Shown: positions 25,740-36,611 of the stretch, piece after piece
Layout: every line of letters starts with the position of its first letter
Position numbering within the stretch: the first letter of the stretch is position 1
From: Takakia lepidozioides
Lineage: Eukaryota; Plantae; Bryophyta
Assembly (NCBI GenBank): GCA_030704615.1
Contig: CM060731.1
Coordinates: forward strand, 64,356,001 to 64,420,000
Direction of reading: 5' to 3'
DNA: 64,000 nt
Notes under the pieces: generated by a model
Seen by the model: only the letters and a program-made list of their open reading frames with translations
What the model was told of the DNA's origin: nothing
Database searches by the model: none
Program-made: the position numbers and the translations under genes

Positions 25740-28700
25740 AGAAAATTGGGAAACATCAGGATGGGAGCTAAACACAAAACCTTGCGAAGGGTGTCAAAAG
25801 CAGCCTATTGGGAGAAGGTCCATTCAAACCTGGCATCTTTGTACAACACCTTGGTTAGAGGGTGAGCAAGCTCGGCAAAGTTCTTTATGAAACGCCTATA
25901 ATAAGAAACTAGACCAAGGAAGGATTTGATACAATGTTTATCCTTGGGGATATGAAAGCCCCAAACAGATCAGGAAGCAAACCATCTTTGGACATAACAT
26001 GATCAAGGAAGTGCAGCTCAGGCATGAATAGCTCACACTTATTGGGCTTTACTTTGAGACTTGCAGTGCGCAATTTGCTGAAAACACGCTGCAGATCAGC
26101 TAAGTGAGCATCAAAACTGGCTGAGTAAACATTGATATCATCGACATAAATTAAAGCACACTCCCAGCAAAGATTGCCCAAGACAATGTCCATGAGGCGT
26201 TGGAAAGTAGAGGTGACATTGCACAAACCAAAAGGTATGGTCTCATATTGGTATTTGCCCATGCGATACACAAATGAGGTTTTTTGCTTGGCAGCTTCAG
26301 TAAGAGGAACTTGCCAAAAGCCAGACGCAAGATCAAGAGAGGAAAAAATTGTGGCACCATGCAATTGATCCAAGGTCTCATTAATCCGGGGTAGTGAGTA
26401 TGCATCCTTTTTGGTGATGTCATTCAGCTTTCTGAAGTCAACACAGAAACGGGTGGTGCCATCTTTCTTACCAACCAGGACAATTGGACGGGCCCAAGGA
26501 GAAACTGAAGGCTTAATCGCGCCAGCATCAAACATTTTCTGGACACTACAGGAAAAGGGGGGGTTTGCGACGCCGCGGCGTCGTAAAATAGCCCTTTTCA
26601 GGTGGGGGGGGGGGGGGGGGGGACCCAAATTTGCGACGCCCGAGCGTCACAAGCTCGTCGCCAAAAAAAATGTCGCAAATTTGCTACGAATGGGGGTCGC
26701 AAATAGGCAAAACCGTGATTTGGGACGCCCAGGCGTCGGGGAATAAATTAAAATTTAAAAATAAAATAAAATAAAATAAAAAATACAATGCAGAATTAGC
26801 ACCGTCCGGGGTCGCAAAGACGTCACAATTTAAGGAGGTAAATTTGAATTTAGGCGGGAAAATTTGAATTTGAAATTTGAATTTTAAAAACTTTGTTGAC
26901 CATTGATTCCGGTTCTGTCTAATGGCGATATATGTTCAATTCTACATATACCATGCAATGCATACTTGAACCTAAGACCTCCACGTTATAACATTTCTAA
27001 GACATTACAAACTAACCAACACACCTACGCTACATCTATGTATCACAAAAGCAATCTAAATATATATATATACACATATAAAGATTTCCTTCAAGAGCCT
27101 TCCAGTTCCTTCTAAGGGGGTCTCTCTTGTGACGCCGGGGAGTTGCAACCTCCACAGCCTTAGTGCCCAGCCCCAGCCCCAGCCCCAGCATCGTCGTCGT
27201 TGTTGCACCAACCCCACCGCCAGGTGCCCCAAGCGACGTCTTTGTGATGACCTAAGCTGACCACAACCCATTGCGACCCCATGGCGTCGCAACGTTGGCG
27301 TCCCAGCGCGGGGCGCCCCCAGCGACGCTTTTGTGAAGTTGAGGGCCACAAAGCACAAAAAAAAAAAAAAAAAAAAAAACTATGATGATGCTGTTTCGAC
27401 GCCCTGGCATCGCAGAGGCGCTGGGGCACCCTTCGTGACGATTTTGCGACGCCGAGGCGTCGCAACATCCAAAATAATAATAATAATAATAATATAATTG
27501 AAGCCGGGCGTCGCAGAAAAAAAATCCGTCGCAGCGAAGGCCCTCTTTCCCCCTTCAATGCCACCTTACGACGGCTGGGCGTCATAACGGTGTCGCAGCG
27601 GGGGATTGTGACGTCAGGGCATCGCAAAAAAACGTCACGGGCTCGCCGTCGCAGGCTCAGCGCCGCGTGGGGCATGGGGGCGCGGCTGGCGTCGCAAACC
27701 CCCCTCATTTGCTGTAGTGGGACTTCTTCTTGGATTACAGCACGTTCCTTGACACTCTCACGGTAAGCAAACTGTTTAATAGGAGCCCCTTCAGTGACAA
27801 TGTCATGTTGGAAAATAGGAGTGCGCCCTAGATCAGTGGATCCCAAACTGAAAACATCTAGATTCTTTGCAATAAGCATTTCCACTTTCCTCCTTTGTCC
27901 TGAAGAGATAGTTGTGCCCAACTTGATTTCAGATAAGATTTTGGTAATGGCCGTCTTACTTTCTGGGCTGAGATCAAGGACAGGTGGTGGTGCAACTGCA
28001 GCAAAAACATCAACCTCATCTAAGGGACCATGTTGGATGTCAATGGCCTCAAGTCCAAAGCCAGCTTGCACCTCTTGTATTTCAACAATGGATAGAGCAG
28101 CGATGCGAGCCAGAACCTGCCCTTTTTTAATAGTCACAGAGAAGCGCTCAGGATTAGCAATCAGGATCTTGACTTCTTGCCTATATCCTCTATCTAGAAC
28201 ACCAATGGCCACCAGACAATGCTTAAGAGTAGTCAATCTCCTCCATCCTTCAACTTCTAAAAAATGAGCAGTTGGACACAAGAAGGCCAGACCAGACTTG
28301 ACCACCTTCTGGATCAAGGCAGGGATGGTGATGTTGAGAGGTGCACGAATTAGAGAAGAATTCTTTGGAATAGCTATGGGCACCCCTGTCCTATCCCTAG
28401 CACCGGGAACATGCCACTGATATAAGAGTTGAAGATCAGGTTGAAACTTATAGAAATCATTCCAATTGAGGTTGGAGTGAGAGTTCTGTTGTACCTCTTT
28501 TACCAGGGCCTAGACTCTGGACAAATTGGCTATAGCAGACCCAGCCTTGATCTTCACTGTTTTCAAGGGAACCACTACTTCATGCCCTTCTCCATTATTA
28601 AAGCAAAGGGAGTAGTCTGCTAAGCTGATGGTGGCACCAGCTCCAGTCATCCAATGAAGGCCTAGAAGGAATTGATCTCCAATGGTGACTATGCAGGTCA

Positions 28701-29112
28701 CCACAACCTTTTTTTAATGAATTCTAATGGGAATAGTGACTAGTCCTAAGGGCTCATACCTGGATCCATCTGCAATAAGCACCTCAATACCTGTGGTATG
28801 GCATAGTTTAAGACCAAGAACTCTCACAACACTTAAAGGTATAGCAGATATAGTGCATCCAGTATCAACCACACAGGGAATGCTGAGCTCGTGGATATGG
28901 CACTGGGCCATAAGGGGACTGATCTGCTGGCCAGCAGTCTGTGGACTGAGAGGACAATGCAAAGCTTTAAAGTTAGTAGATAAAATAGCTTGAATCGGAA
29001 CAGAAGAAGTAGGGTTGGTTGATGATGGACCTCTTGCCCCCTTCCCAAGAGATCGCTCTAGTTTAAAGGAGGAGAAGAGCCATTGGCGGTCTTCTTGTTC
29101 TTAATCAGCTCT
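25740..29112 (-). pseudogene. Inverted pol segment of A: gag end, protease, dUTPase-like domain, RT, connection domain
   Basis: Minus strand: slippery TTTAAAC-TAG (29067-29058), VVDTG, GVLDRGYRQEVKILIAN, RFCVDFRKLN, YVDD, SFLGLVSYYRRFI, LAPILMFPNF. Confidence 0.9.
26544..27719. mobile_element. Non-autonomous CACTA transposon
   Basis: CACTACAG...CTGTAGTG termini within a roughly 30-bp imperfect TIR; GGA TSD at 26541-43 and 27720-22; many GCGACG/CGTCGC subterminal repeats. Removing it restores the RT frame VIQEEVQKMF. Confidence 0.95.
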
Positions 29113-30090
29113 ACCTTTCTTGCTTCAGACTGATGCATCAGATGTTGCCATCTTTGCAATCTTATGTCAAGTTGTAGAAGGCAAGGATCATGTAATAGCT
29201 TATGCATCTCGTCGTCTAGATTGTCATGAAAGGAATTATTCCATATTTGATAAAGAGGGTCTAGCCCTGGTCTTTGGTGTGAAGCATTTCAGGCAATATT
29301 TACATGGCAGCTGGTTTGTGGTAGAGACTGATCATCTTCCACTAAAGGCGCTAAACTTCATGGCAGACTTGCTAGATGGGCTATGTACTTGCAGGAATTT
29401 GACATGGATATAGTCTACAAGAAGAACAAGGAAAACACGAATGCTGATGCACTCTCACGGGTTGATCCTCCTATCAGCAGGCCTATGCTCACCTTGGATG
29501 ACCTTGTTGCTGCTGATGCTGCCTTTCCTCCTGCCCATCTTCTCAACCTTCTTTGTACAGATCAGCAACCCTTGGCCCTAGATTCACATGACATATTGGC
29601 TGTTTGGGGCTGGTCTAGCCTATTAGATGAGCCTGGTTGATTTTCTCGTGTGTTAGTATGTGTGGTGGATTTATCGTTTCGCGAGAATTCGGATGGTTTG
29701 GTGGAAGTTCTTTGTTGTGTTTCAGTCTTTCTCTTTCCTAGGCCCCCGAGTTTGTTGTGATTTGGCTGCTGCACTCTGGTGTGACTATTGGCTTGAGCCT
29801 CACGGCCTGATTTGGCTGTCCATGAGTAGTAACAAATGAGATGAAGGTATCCCTGGCTGGAGATCATAGGTGCAGGCACTCCAGGCCACCTTCTCTAAAA
29901 CCCATTGTCTACCTCTTATGTGCAGTGTAGTCAATATGGATGATCAGCTACATGCTGCGCTACTCCAGCGATGCCAATCAGGGCGTTCGCCAGCTGGCAT
30001 TTCCGAGTCCTTGCATAAACAAATTCTCTATCATGTGTCTACTCACCGTTTTATGGGTGATAAGCTTTTCAAGGAGCTCACTAGAGGGGG

Positions 30091-30349
30091 GGGTCAAGGA
30101 CGAGAACATGATTGAACACAAACAAGAGATCAGACTAGAGGTACAATACTAGACAAGAAGTGAAGGTCGTCGTGGCCGAATGCATGATGAGTAAATATAA
30201 ATCAATACGATCTTTATAACAATGAACAAGAGTACAAGATATTGGAACACGACTTGAATACTAGAATGCTGGAAACTGCACTGGAGTACTAGATACTGGA
30301 AACTGGGCTAGAGTACTGGGAACTATAAACAAGAGTAGCTTGAACTGGT
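30091..30349 (-). repeat. Distal part of the 3' LTR of element B, separated by the C insertion and the large inversion
   Basis: Reverse complement matches about 42631-42881. Confidence 0.92.
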
Positions 30350-33300
30350 TGTCAAGTTATTTTACCACTAGTGTGAAACTAGCTAGGAAATAGCTAGCTT
30401 TTACATATTGACATTTGGGATTGGCCCAAGTGTCAATCAAGGGGTCAAGGCAGATTTAGGCCCTGGAGTGGTTATCTTCACGGCAAGCGCGGGAGGCTCA
30501 TCTTTCTCGAGTTGAGCCTCACCGCGCCTAGCTATGGCGCCGTAGTGTGGATTCCCCATGGCGTGGGGTATACTTGGCTTTGACTTGTATTTGAGTGATG
30601 AGGTTATACGTGCATGAGTTTATGCTTCAGCTTTGTGAGCTCGCATGAGCTTGTGCTTGTATTCTTCTTTTTTATCACTCGAGAAAGATGAGCTCGTATC
30701 TGTGAGTGCCAAATACGAGTTAGTTGTAGCACTTGTGGTTTTTGCTTGAGAATGAGAGAAACCAGGTTGTTATGCAAGGAGCACCGTAGAGCTCTTGGTT
30801 GTTAGAAGCGGATGCGATGTGGGTTACGAGGTGGTAGACCTCGGCATTCGATCTTCAGCTTCAGAGATGAAAGCACCATGTTGCAGGTAATTCCAGAGCA
30901 CCTTGATGGTTTCAAATTGTGTACATGCATGAGCAAGCACGATTGGGAAGAGGACCAGTCAAAAGCAGGTTATAGTGGCTTTGGTGACAAAGCTGAGAAT
31001 TGGACTTGGGAATGCGAGCTTTCATTGTGTGAAGGATTGCAAGACCAAGCGAAAGGGCTGATTTGACTTGGGGCAAATCAGTGCACTTTGTGGAGTATGT
31101 TGAGATTGGGTTTCAATCTCGAGCTTCAGCATTGAGAGGGCTCTTGTCATGACAAGAGCAGGGTTGGAACAGGAGCTAAGAGGTGCGGCAAGGCCATGGA
31201 ATGTGCACCTAGGGTTCAGAGCTTGGAAGAAGAGCTCTTTTACCACAAGAGGAGTGTCTTGTGGCTGGAAATGTAAGCCTTAGGGTTTCAGGAGCTTGGC
31301 TGTGGAGTGCTTAGTCTTGTCTTAGAGAGCATCAAGGAGCTAAGGAGCCAAGATAGGGGGCTGATACCTCTTGTGTGAAGAGGTTGCATGTGTGGAGCAT
31401 GTATTCAGCTCATTGAAGCTTCCATCTTCAAGCTTGGAGGGCAAGCAAGAAAGGAAGGAAGGGGCTGGTTTCCCTGTAGGGCATGTGTGGAGCATGCATC
31501 CAGCCCGCTGAAGCGTGTATTTTCAGGTTGGTGGGTGCAAGAAAGAAAGCAAAGGGGCTGATTCTCTGGTGGTGAGAGTGGGGCATGTGTGGAGCATGCC
31601 TTCAGTCCATAGGGCTTTTGTTTTCAAGCTTTAGAGAGCTAGAATGGAAGGGCTAGGGCTGGTTCCCACTTGGGTGAAAGAAAAGCACTTGTAGGGCATA
31701 TGTGAGATGGGGTTTCAACCTCAAGCCTAGATAGAGCATGGCTCTTGAAGTGGTAGGTATAGGGGGCTGGAATAGACTCTAAGACAGATGCTATGGCCAA
31801 GGAAAACGCTTGAATGAGTGCTCACAAGGGCTGGAAACCAGCAAGGCTTGGTTGTTTGCCATTGAGTTTAGTGGCGTGTTTAGGGAGTCTAAGTGAGAAA
31901 GAAGGCTTGGTTTGTGGCAACCATCTTCCTCATGGCTTAGGGCTACTATTGGTGGTGTGTGGGAGCCGAAAGAACAAGAATACCTTGCTGATTTCTTCAC
32001 AGCCGCCATAGCTTGGTGCAAAGAAGCCTAGAGTACAAGAGACACAAACCCTAGCTTGGCGTGGCTGAACTCCTTGGAGCAATGGCTAAACTGTCATGAG
32101 TGGCCTATGGGGCTGTGAGGGGCTGTGACAGGCTGTGCCCTGTGCCCTGTGCCCTGTGGGGTGTGACGGGCTATGAGGGGCTGTGACAGGCTGTGCCATG
32201 TGGCCTGTGGGGTTGTGACGGGATGTGATGGGATGTAACAGGTGTGACAGGCTGTGGCGGGCTGTGACAGGCTGTGCCCTGTGGCCTGTGGGGCTGTGAC
32301 GGGCTATGAGGGGCTCTGACAGGCTGTGCCATGTGGCCTGTGGGGTTGTGACGGGTTGTGAGGGTTGTGACAGGCTGTGGCAGGCTGTGACAGGCTGTGC
32401 CCTGTGGCCTGTGGGCCCGTGTCACACTGTGATGGGCTATGAGGGGCTGTGAAGGGCTGAGACAAGGCTGTACCCTGTGGCTTGTGGGCCTGTGAGGGGC
32501 TGTGAGGGGCTATGACAGGCTGTGCCCAGTGGCCTGTGGGGCTGTGACAGGCTGTGCCCTGTGGCCTGTGGGGCTGTGACGGGCTATGAGGGGCTGTGAC
32601 AGGCTGTGCCATGTGGTCTGTGGGGCTGTGACGGGCTGTGACGGGCTGTGCCCTGTGGCCTGTGGGGCTGTGACGGGCTGTACCCAGTGGCCTGTGGGTC
32701 TGTGACAGGTTGTGCCATGTGGCTTGTGGGGCTGTGAGGGGCTGTGAGGGGCTGTGACAGGCTGTGCCCAGTGGCCTGTGGGGCTGTGACGGGCTGTGAG
32801 GGGCTGTGACAAGCTGTGCCCTGTGGCCTATGGGGCTGTGAGGGGCTGTGATAGACTGTGGCCTTTGGGGCCGTGACCCCTGTGACCTGTGTAGGGCTGT
32901 GACAGGTTGTGCCCTATGGCATGTAGGACTGTGACGGGCTGTGAGGGGCTGTGACAGGCTGTGACCTGTGGCCTATGGGGCTGTGAGGGGCTGTGATAGG
33001 CTATGGCCTTTGGGGCTGACCCTGTGACCTTTGTAGGGCTGTGACAAGCTGTGACCTGTGGCCGTGGGGGCTGTGACATGTGGCCTTTGGGGCTGTGACG
33101 GGCTGTGACAGGCTGTGGCCTGTGGGGCTGTGACCCTGTGACCTATATAGGGCTGTGATAGGTTGTGGCCTGTGTGGGGCTGTGACGGCTGTGACTAATG
33201 AGCTGTGTGGGCCTGTGCTGGTCTGTGGTGGCCCATGTTGACCTGTGGACGGCCTGTGCTGACTCATGGAGGCACTGGTGGACTGCCTAAGGACTGGCAT

Positions 33301-35394
33301 GTGGTCTTGAAGGCCGAATTTTGAAGCTCGTGGAGGGCGGTTTGAGGAGTATCTTCATGATATTCCCATGGTCATGCAAGTGAGGGAAGAGAGGAGAGGA
33401 AGAGTGTTGGGATGAGGGCATGCTGGGGTTAAGCATTGCTTTAGCTTCTCTTCCTCATAGTTTCCACCCTCTCATTAGGCCAAGACCTTTCCGTAGGTGG
33501 AGGCAAGAGTCAGTCCGGGTTTGGGCTGGGGTGTCCTTGCAGGAGCAACACCGTGGAGTTGTTTTTGGTGTGGAGGAGTTGTCGTTCTGATTTCTTGTGT
33601 TTGGATCCCCTCCATACCTGCATGCTTGACTGTGCGCCATGCTAGTTTTGTGTGGGCGCTTGTTTTTATAGGTGATTGGTCCGGATTTGATCACCGGCCA
33701 GTCCTAGAGCATGCTGTCGATGGTGAGGCTGGGGTGATGACCAGCCAACCATAGGAGTGCTTGTGGTGGATGCAGGTACAGGTGTAGGCTATGTTAGGAA
33801 CTTAGTATTCCAAACCATAAGCCGCAACATGTTCTCTACCCGGTTACCTTGTGGAGAGGGGGTTAGGGACATGTTCATGACCGGTTGAGTGTCAACACGG
33901 AGGTGCCACTAGTTGCTGGGGACAGTGCTGGTTCGAGCACTAGCGATACTAGTGGGTACACGAGACGAGGTGTGCAGTTTAGGCCACCTTCACCTTCTTG
34001 TTTTCTACGGAAGGTTCTGATTCGGATTGTGAATCAGGAGGACTCATACCGGCGGTGCAAGTTGTTTCTTTGCCATTGTTGTGGGACACAATGGAGGAGA
34101 TGTATGGAGCTACCAAGGGGCCACGAATGTACTCTGGGGTGGTGGGCACCATCGAGTTGGATGATTTTATCCAAGAGTTTGATAGTTGGTGTGATTTGCA
34201 GCAAATGCGCAATCCACAACTATTTACGCCTTTCATGGCATGGAAGGGGCTGTTTCAGCACCTTGAGGGGCCGCCTATGGATGATTACCATGAGTTCAGG
34301 CGGGGGCATGAGGTTGAGATCGAGGAGTGGAGGATGTACTGGTCACCCGACTATGTCTCCATCACTAGGGGCACTAGAGCCACGAGGGCAGTGGCTACCG
34401 CTGCACCGACAGCTTCAGCAATTAGCAGTGGGACTAGTGGGACTGGTGGTACAGTAGCTACGACGTCCACCCAAGCCACTACCGCACCAGCACTAGTACC
34501 CGTGCCTGCCTTCAACCCTATTGTGGAGTTCTTCGAAGAGTTGAGAGGGAACTACCAAGGGATGATGACAGAGAAGTTGCGGAGCTTGCAAGAGTTCCAA
34601 CGGAAGCCGACCGAGAGCTTGAGGGAGGCTTTCACTCGCATGAGGCGCTTGATAAATGTAACCCAAGGGGTTGCGGAAGCTCAGGCAGTCCAATTCTGGT
34701 ATGGGATATTGGACAAGGAGCTGAGGAGAAGGGTGCGGGATGCAACTCTCCTATAAGCGGCCCAACCCACCTTAGCAAATGTGTTTTTGCTGGCAGAGCG
34801 GATAGAGCTCAGCATGGTGGAGGAACGAGTAGTCATGGTGGGATTTGCTAAGGAGACACCACGGGATAGTGGTGCTCCTAGCCAACCACTACCTCAACGT
34901 GCTCAAGGCAACAAGGGGGCTCAGGTGAAGCTTAGGGAAGGGGAGAGAGGACCTCAGATGCAGGGGTCTCTCCCTTCATTTGCTGGCCAACAACGGGCGG
35001 ATGTGGTGTGCTGGACATGTGGAGGACCCCATGTCAAGAAGGATTGCCCAGAGGGAGGCAAAGGGCCGGCACATGCACAGCCTGCACAGTTGCAGTGTGG
35101 GCATTGTGGCAAGCACGGGCATGGAGAGGCCCAGTGTTATGGTTTGCATCCTGAGTTGCGCCCAGGCCAGTTCTAAGGGAACAATGGTGGCCGGGGGCGA
35201 GGTGGAGCAGCCCAAAGAGGACGAGGTGGCCAGCTACGAGGTGCAGGCCAAGGGCAAGCTCAACATGGCCAAGGACGCGGAGGTCAGGGTGTTGACCAAG
35301 GCATGGCCAACCGGCTTCAGCAGCTAGAGCAGAGGCTCGCTGCCATGGCTACAGCTCAGGTGGTACCGGCTCTAAGGCTGGATGGTCCACCTCC
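30350..35394 (+). mobile_element. Ty3/gypsy element C, left part: 5' repeat L, candidate self-priming PBS, long repeat-rich leader, gag
   Basis: L 30350-30676 (TGTCAAG...) is the reverse complement of 48611-48936; gag 33998-35390 with two CCHC knuckles (CWTCGGPHVKKDC, CGHCGKHGHGEAQC); TSD TGGT at 30346-49. Confidence 0.88.
32100..33200 (+). repeat. GGCTGTGA-based minisatellite inside element C
   Basis: About 1.1 kb of 7-10-bp variants of GGCTGTGAC(A/G), CCTGTGG and GGCTGTGCC. Confidence 0.95.
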
Positions 35395-36611
35395 TAGGAA
35401 AATTTTGGCAGTTCTGAGATTTTCGCGATATGATGGTGCAGACAGCCGAGAAGGGAAATCTGTCTCAAGAGGAGATAATGAGATGGTTTAGAGATGGCGG
35501 TTGGCGACAAATTCATTGATGCGCAGGTGCCCATTGAACTTGTGAGATTTGAATTGCTGAGATAGACATGAAGACTTCGTCTTCACTGATCAGTCATAGC
35601 TGTAATCCTCACACTTCTAAATCTTCGGAGGTGGCTTTGACACTTGAAAGAACGTGGAAACAAAGTTCTCACAAGGTCATGTGGTAAAATGTTATGTGGT
35701 TAGTCAAGGCGGTTTTGGAGCTCAATTGTAAGCAATTCGCGGAAAAGAGGGGAACTGAGAAAAGAGTCCACGGGAATGCAAATTTTACCAACATCCAGTA
35801 AACCCCTGCTAATGTGGTGACGCCACCATTTGGCGTTTCACGCGTCTCTCCAACCCTCTCTCGTCCTTGGAGCTCTCCAGCTCTCTGCATTAGCTCTTTG
35901 AAATGTCTCTCGTTTGGAGCTCACTCGATAGAAAGAAGTAGAGTATCCGCTTTGGGGTCTGGGACTGACCCATCAGAGAACCAGAAGGCATTAGCGGTCA
36001 AGTGACACCATAAGTTACACTTGCTTCGGCAACACTTTCACATTTTGAACAGAATTCTACACATGAATTCACTTGAAGTACTCCATGCTCCAGCCATTCC
36101 ATCCAGAAAGAGAGCTCCATATTCTGTCTCCAGTTCAGTTTCACTCCATATATATAAAATAAATAGATGCAAAGATGTTTGATTCCCTTTGGCCAATCTA
36201 GGGTGGCACAGTTCATAAATACGGCCAGGTTGCTTACAAGCTTGTGGAAGGGAGTGCAAGTAACCCTTCAAAAATGCAAACCTGGGTCAAACTGCATGTT
36301 TGGCAGGACGGGCTTGCTTCATTTGCCAAGGCAATATATTTGGGATTTCCTCAATTTGCTCTCCTCAATGCAGGCTCGGTGGACACCTCTGTCCTCCAGC
36401 ATCTTACTCCCTCAGGGTGCTCATTTTGAGGACCAGAAATACTGTGGCAGCATATCTACTTAGGCTCTCCACCTTAGAGAATCTCTAATGTTGAGCCTTG
36501 AATGTTATTTGGCTGCTTGCCATAAACACCATCTCACAGGAGGCGATAGATAGTTACTACGGATCAAGGAAGCACATATTACTCACAGCAATTCGTCATT
36601 TATGATAATGT

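Larger units (their letters stand above)
21953..30090 (+). mobile_element. Ty3/gypsy element A, left part: 5' repeat L, PBS, extra ORF, gag, inverted PR-dUTPase-like-RT, RNase H
   Basis: L 21953-22402 (TGTAAAGCC...GTTTTA); PBS at 22403; gag 24925-25590 with CYICGSFEH*TKHC knuckle; RNase H LQTDAS from 29120. Interrupted by element B at a GGGGG TSD. Confidence 0.9.

Noticed and set aside
27160-28383. 407-aa ORF as a novel protein
   Set aside because: It is a chimera of pol (dUTPase-like region and RT start) reading into the CACTA insertion.
32100-33300. CRISPR-like array or Pro/Ser/Gln-rich ORFs in the G-rich repeat
   Set aside because: There are no unique spacers; the ORFs are by-products of the minisatellite.
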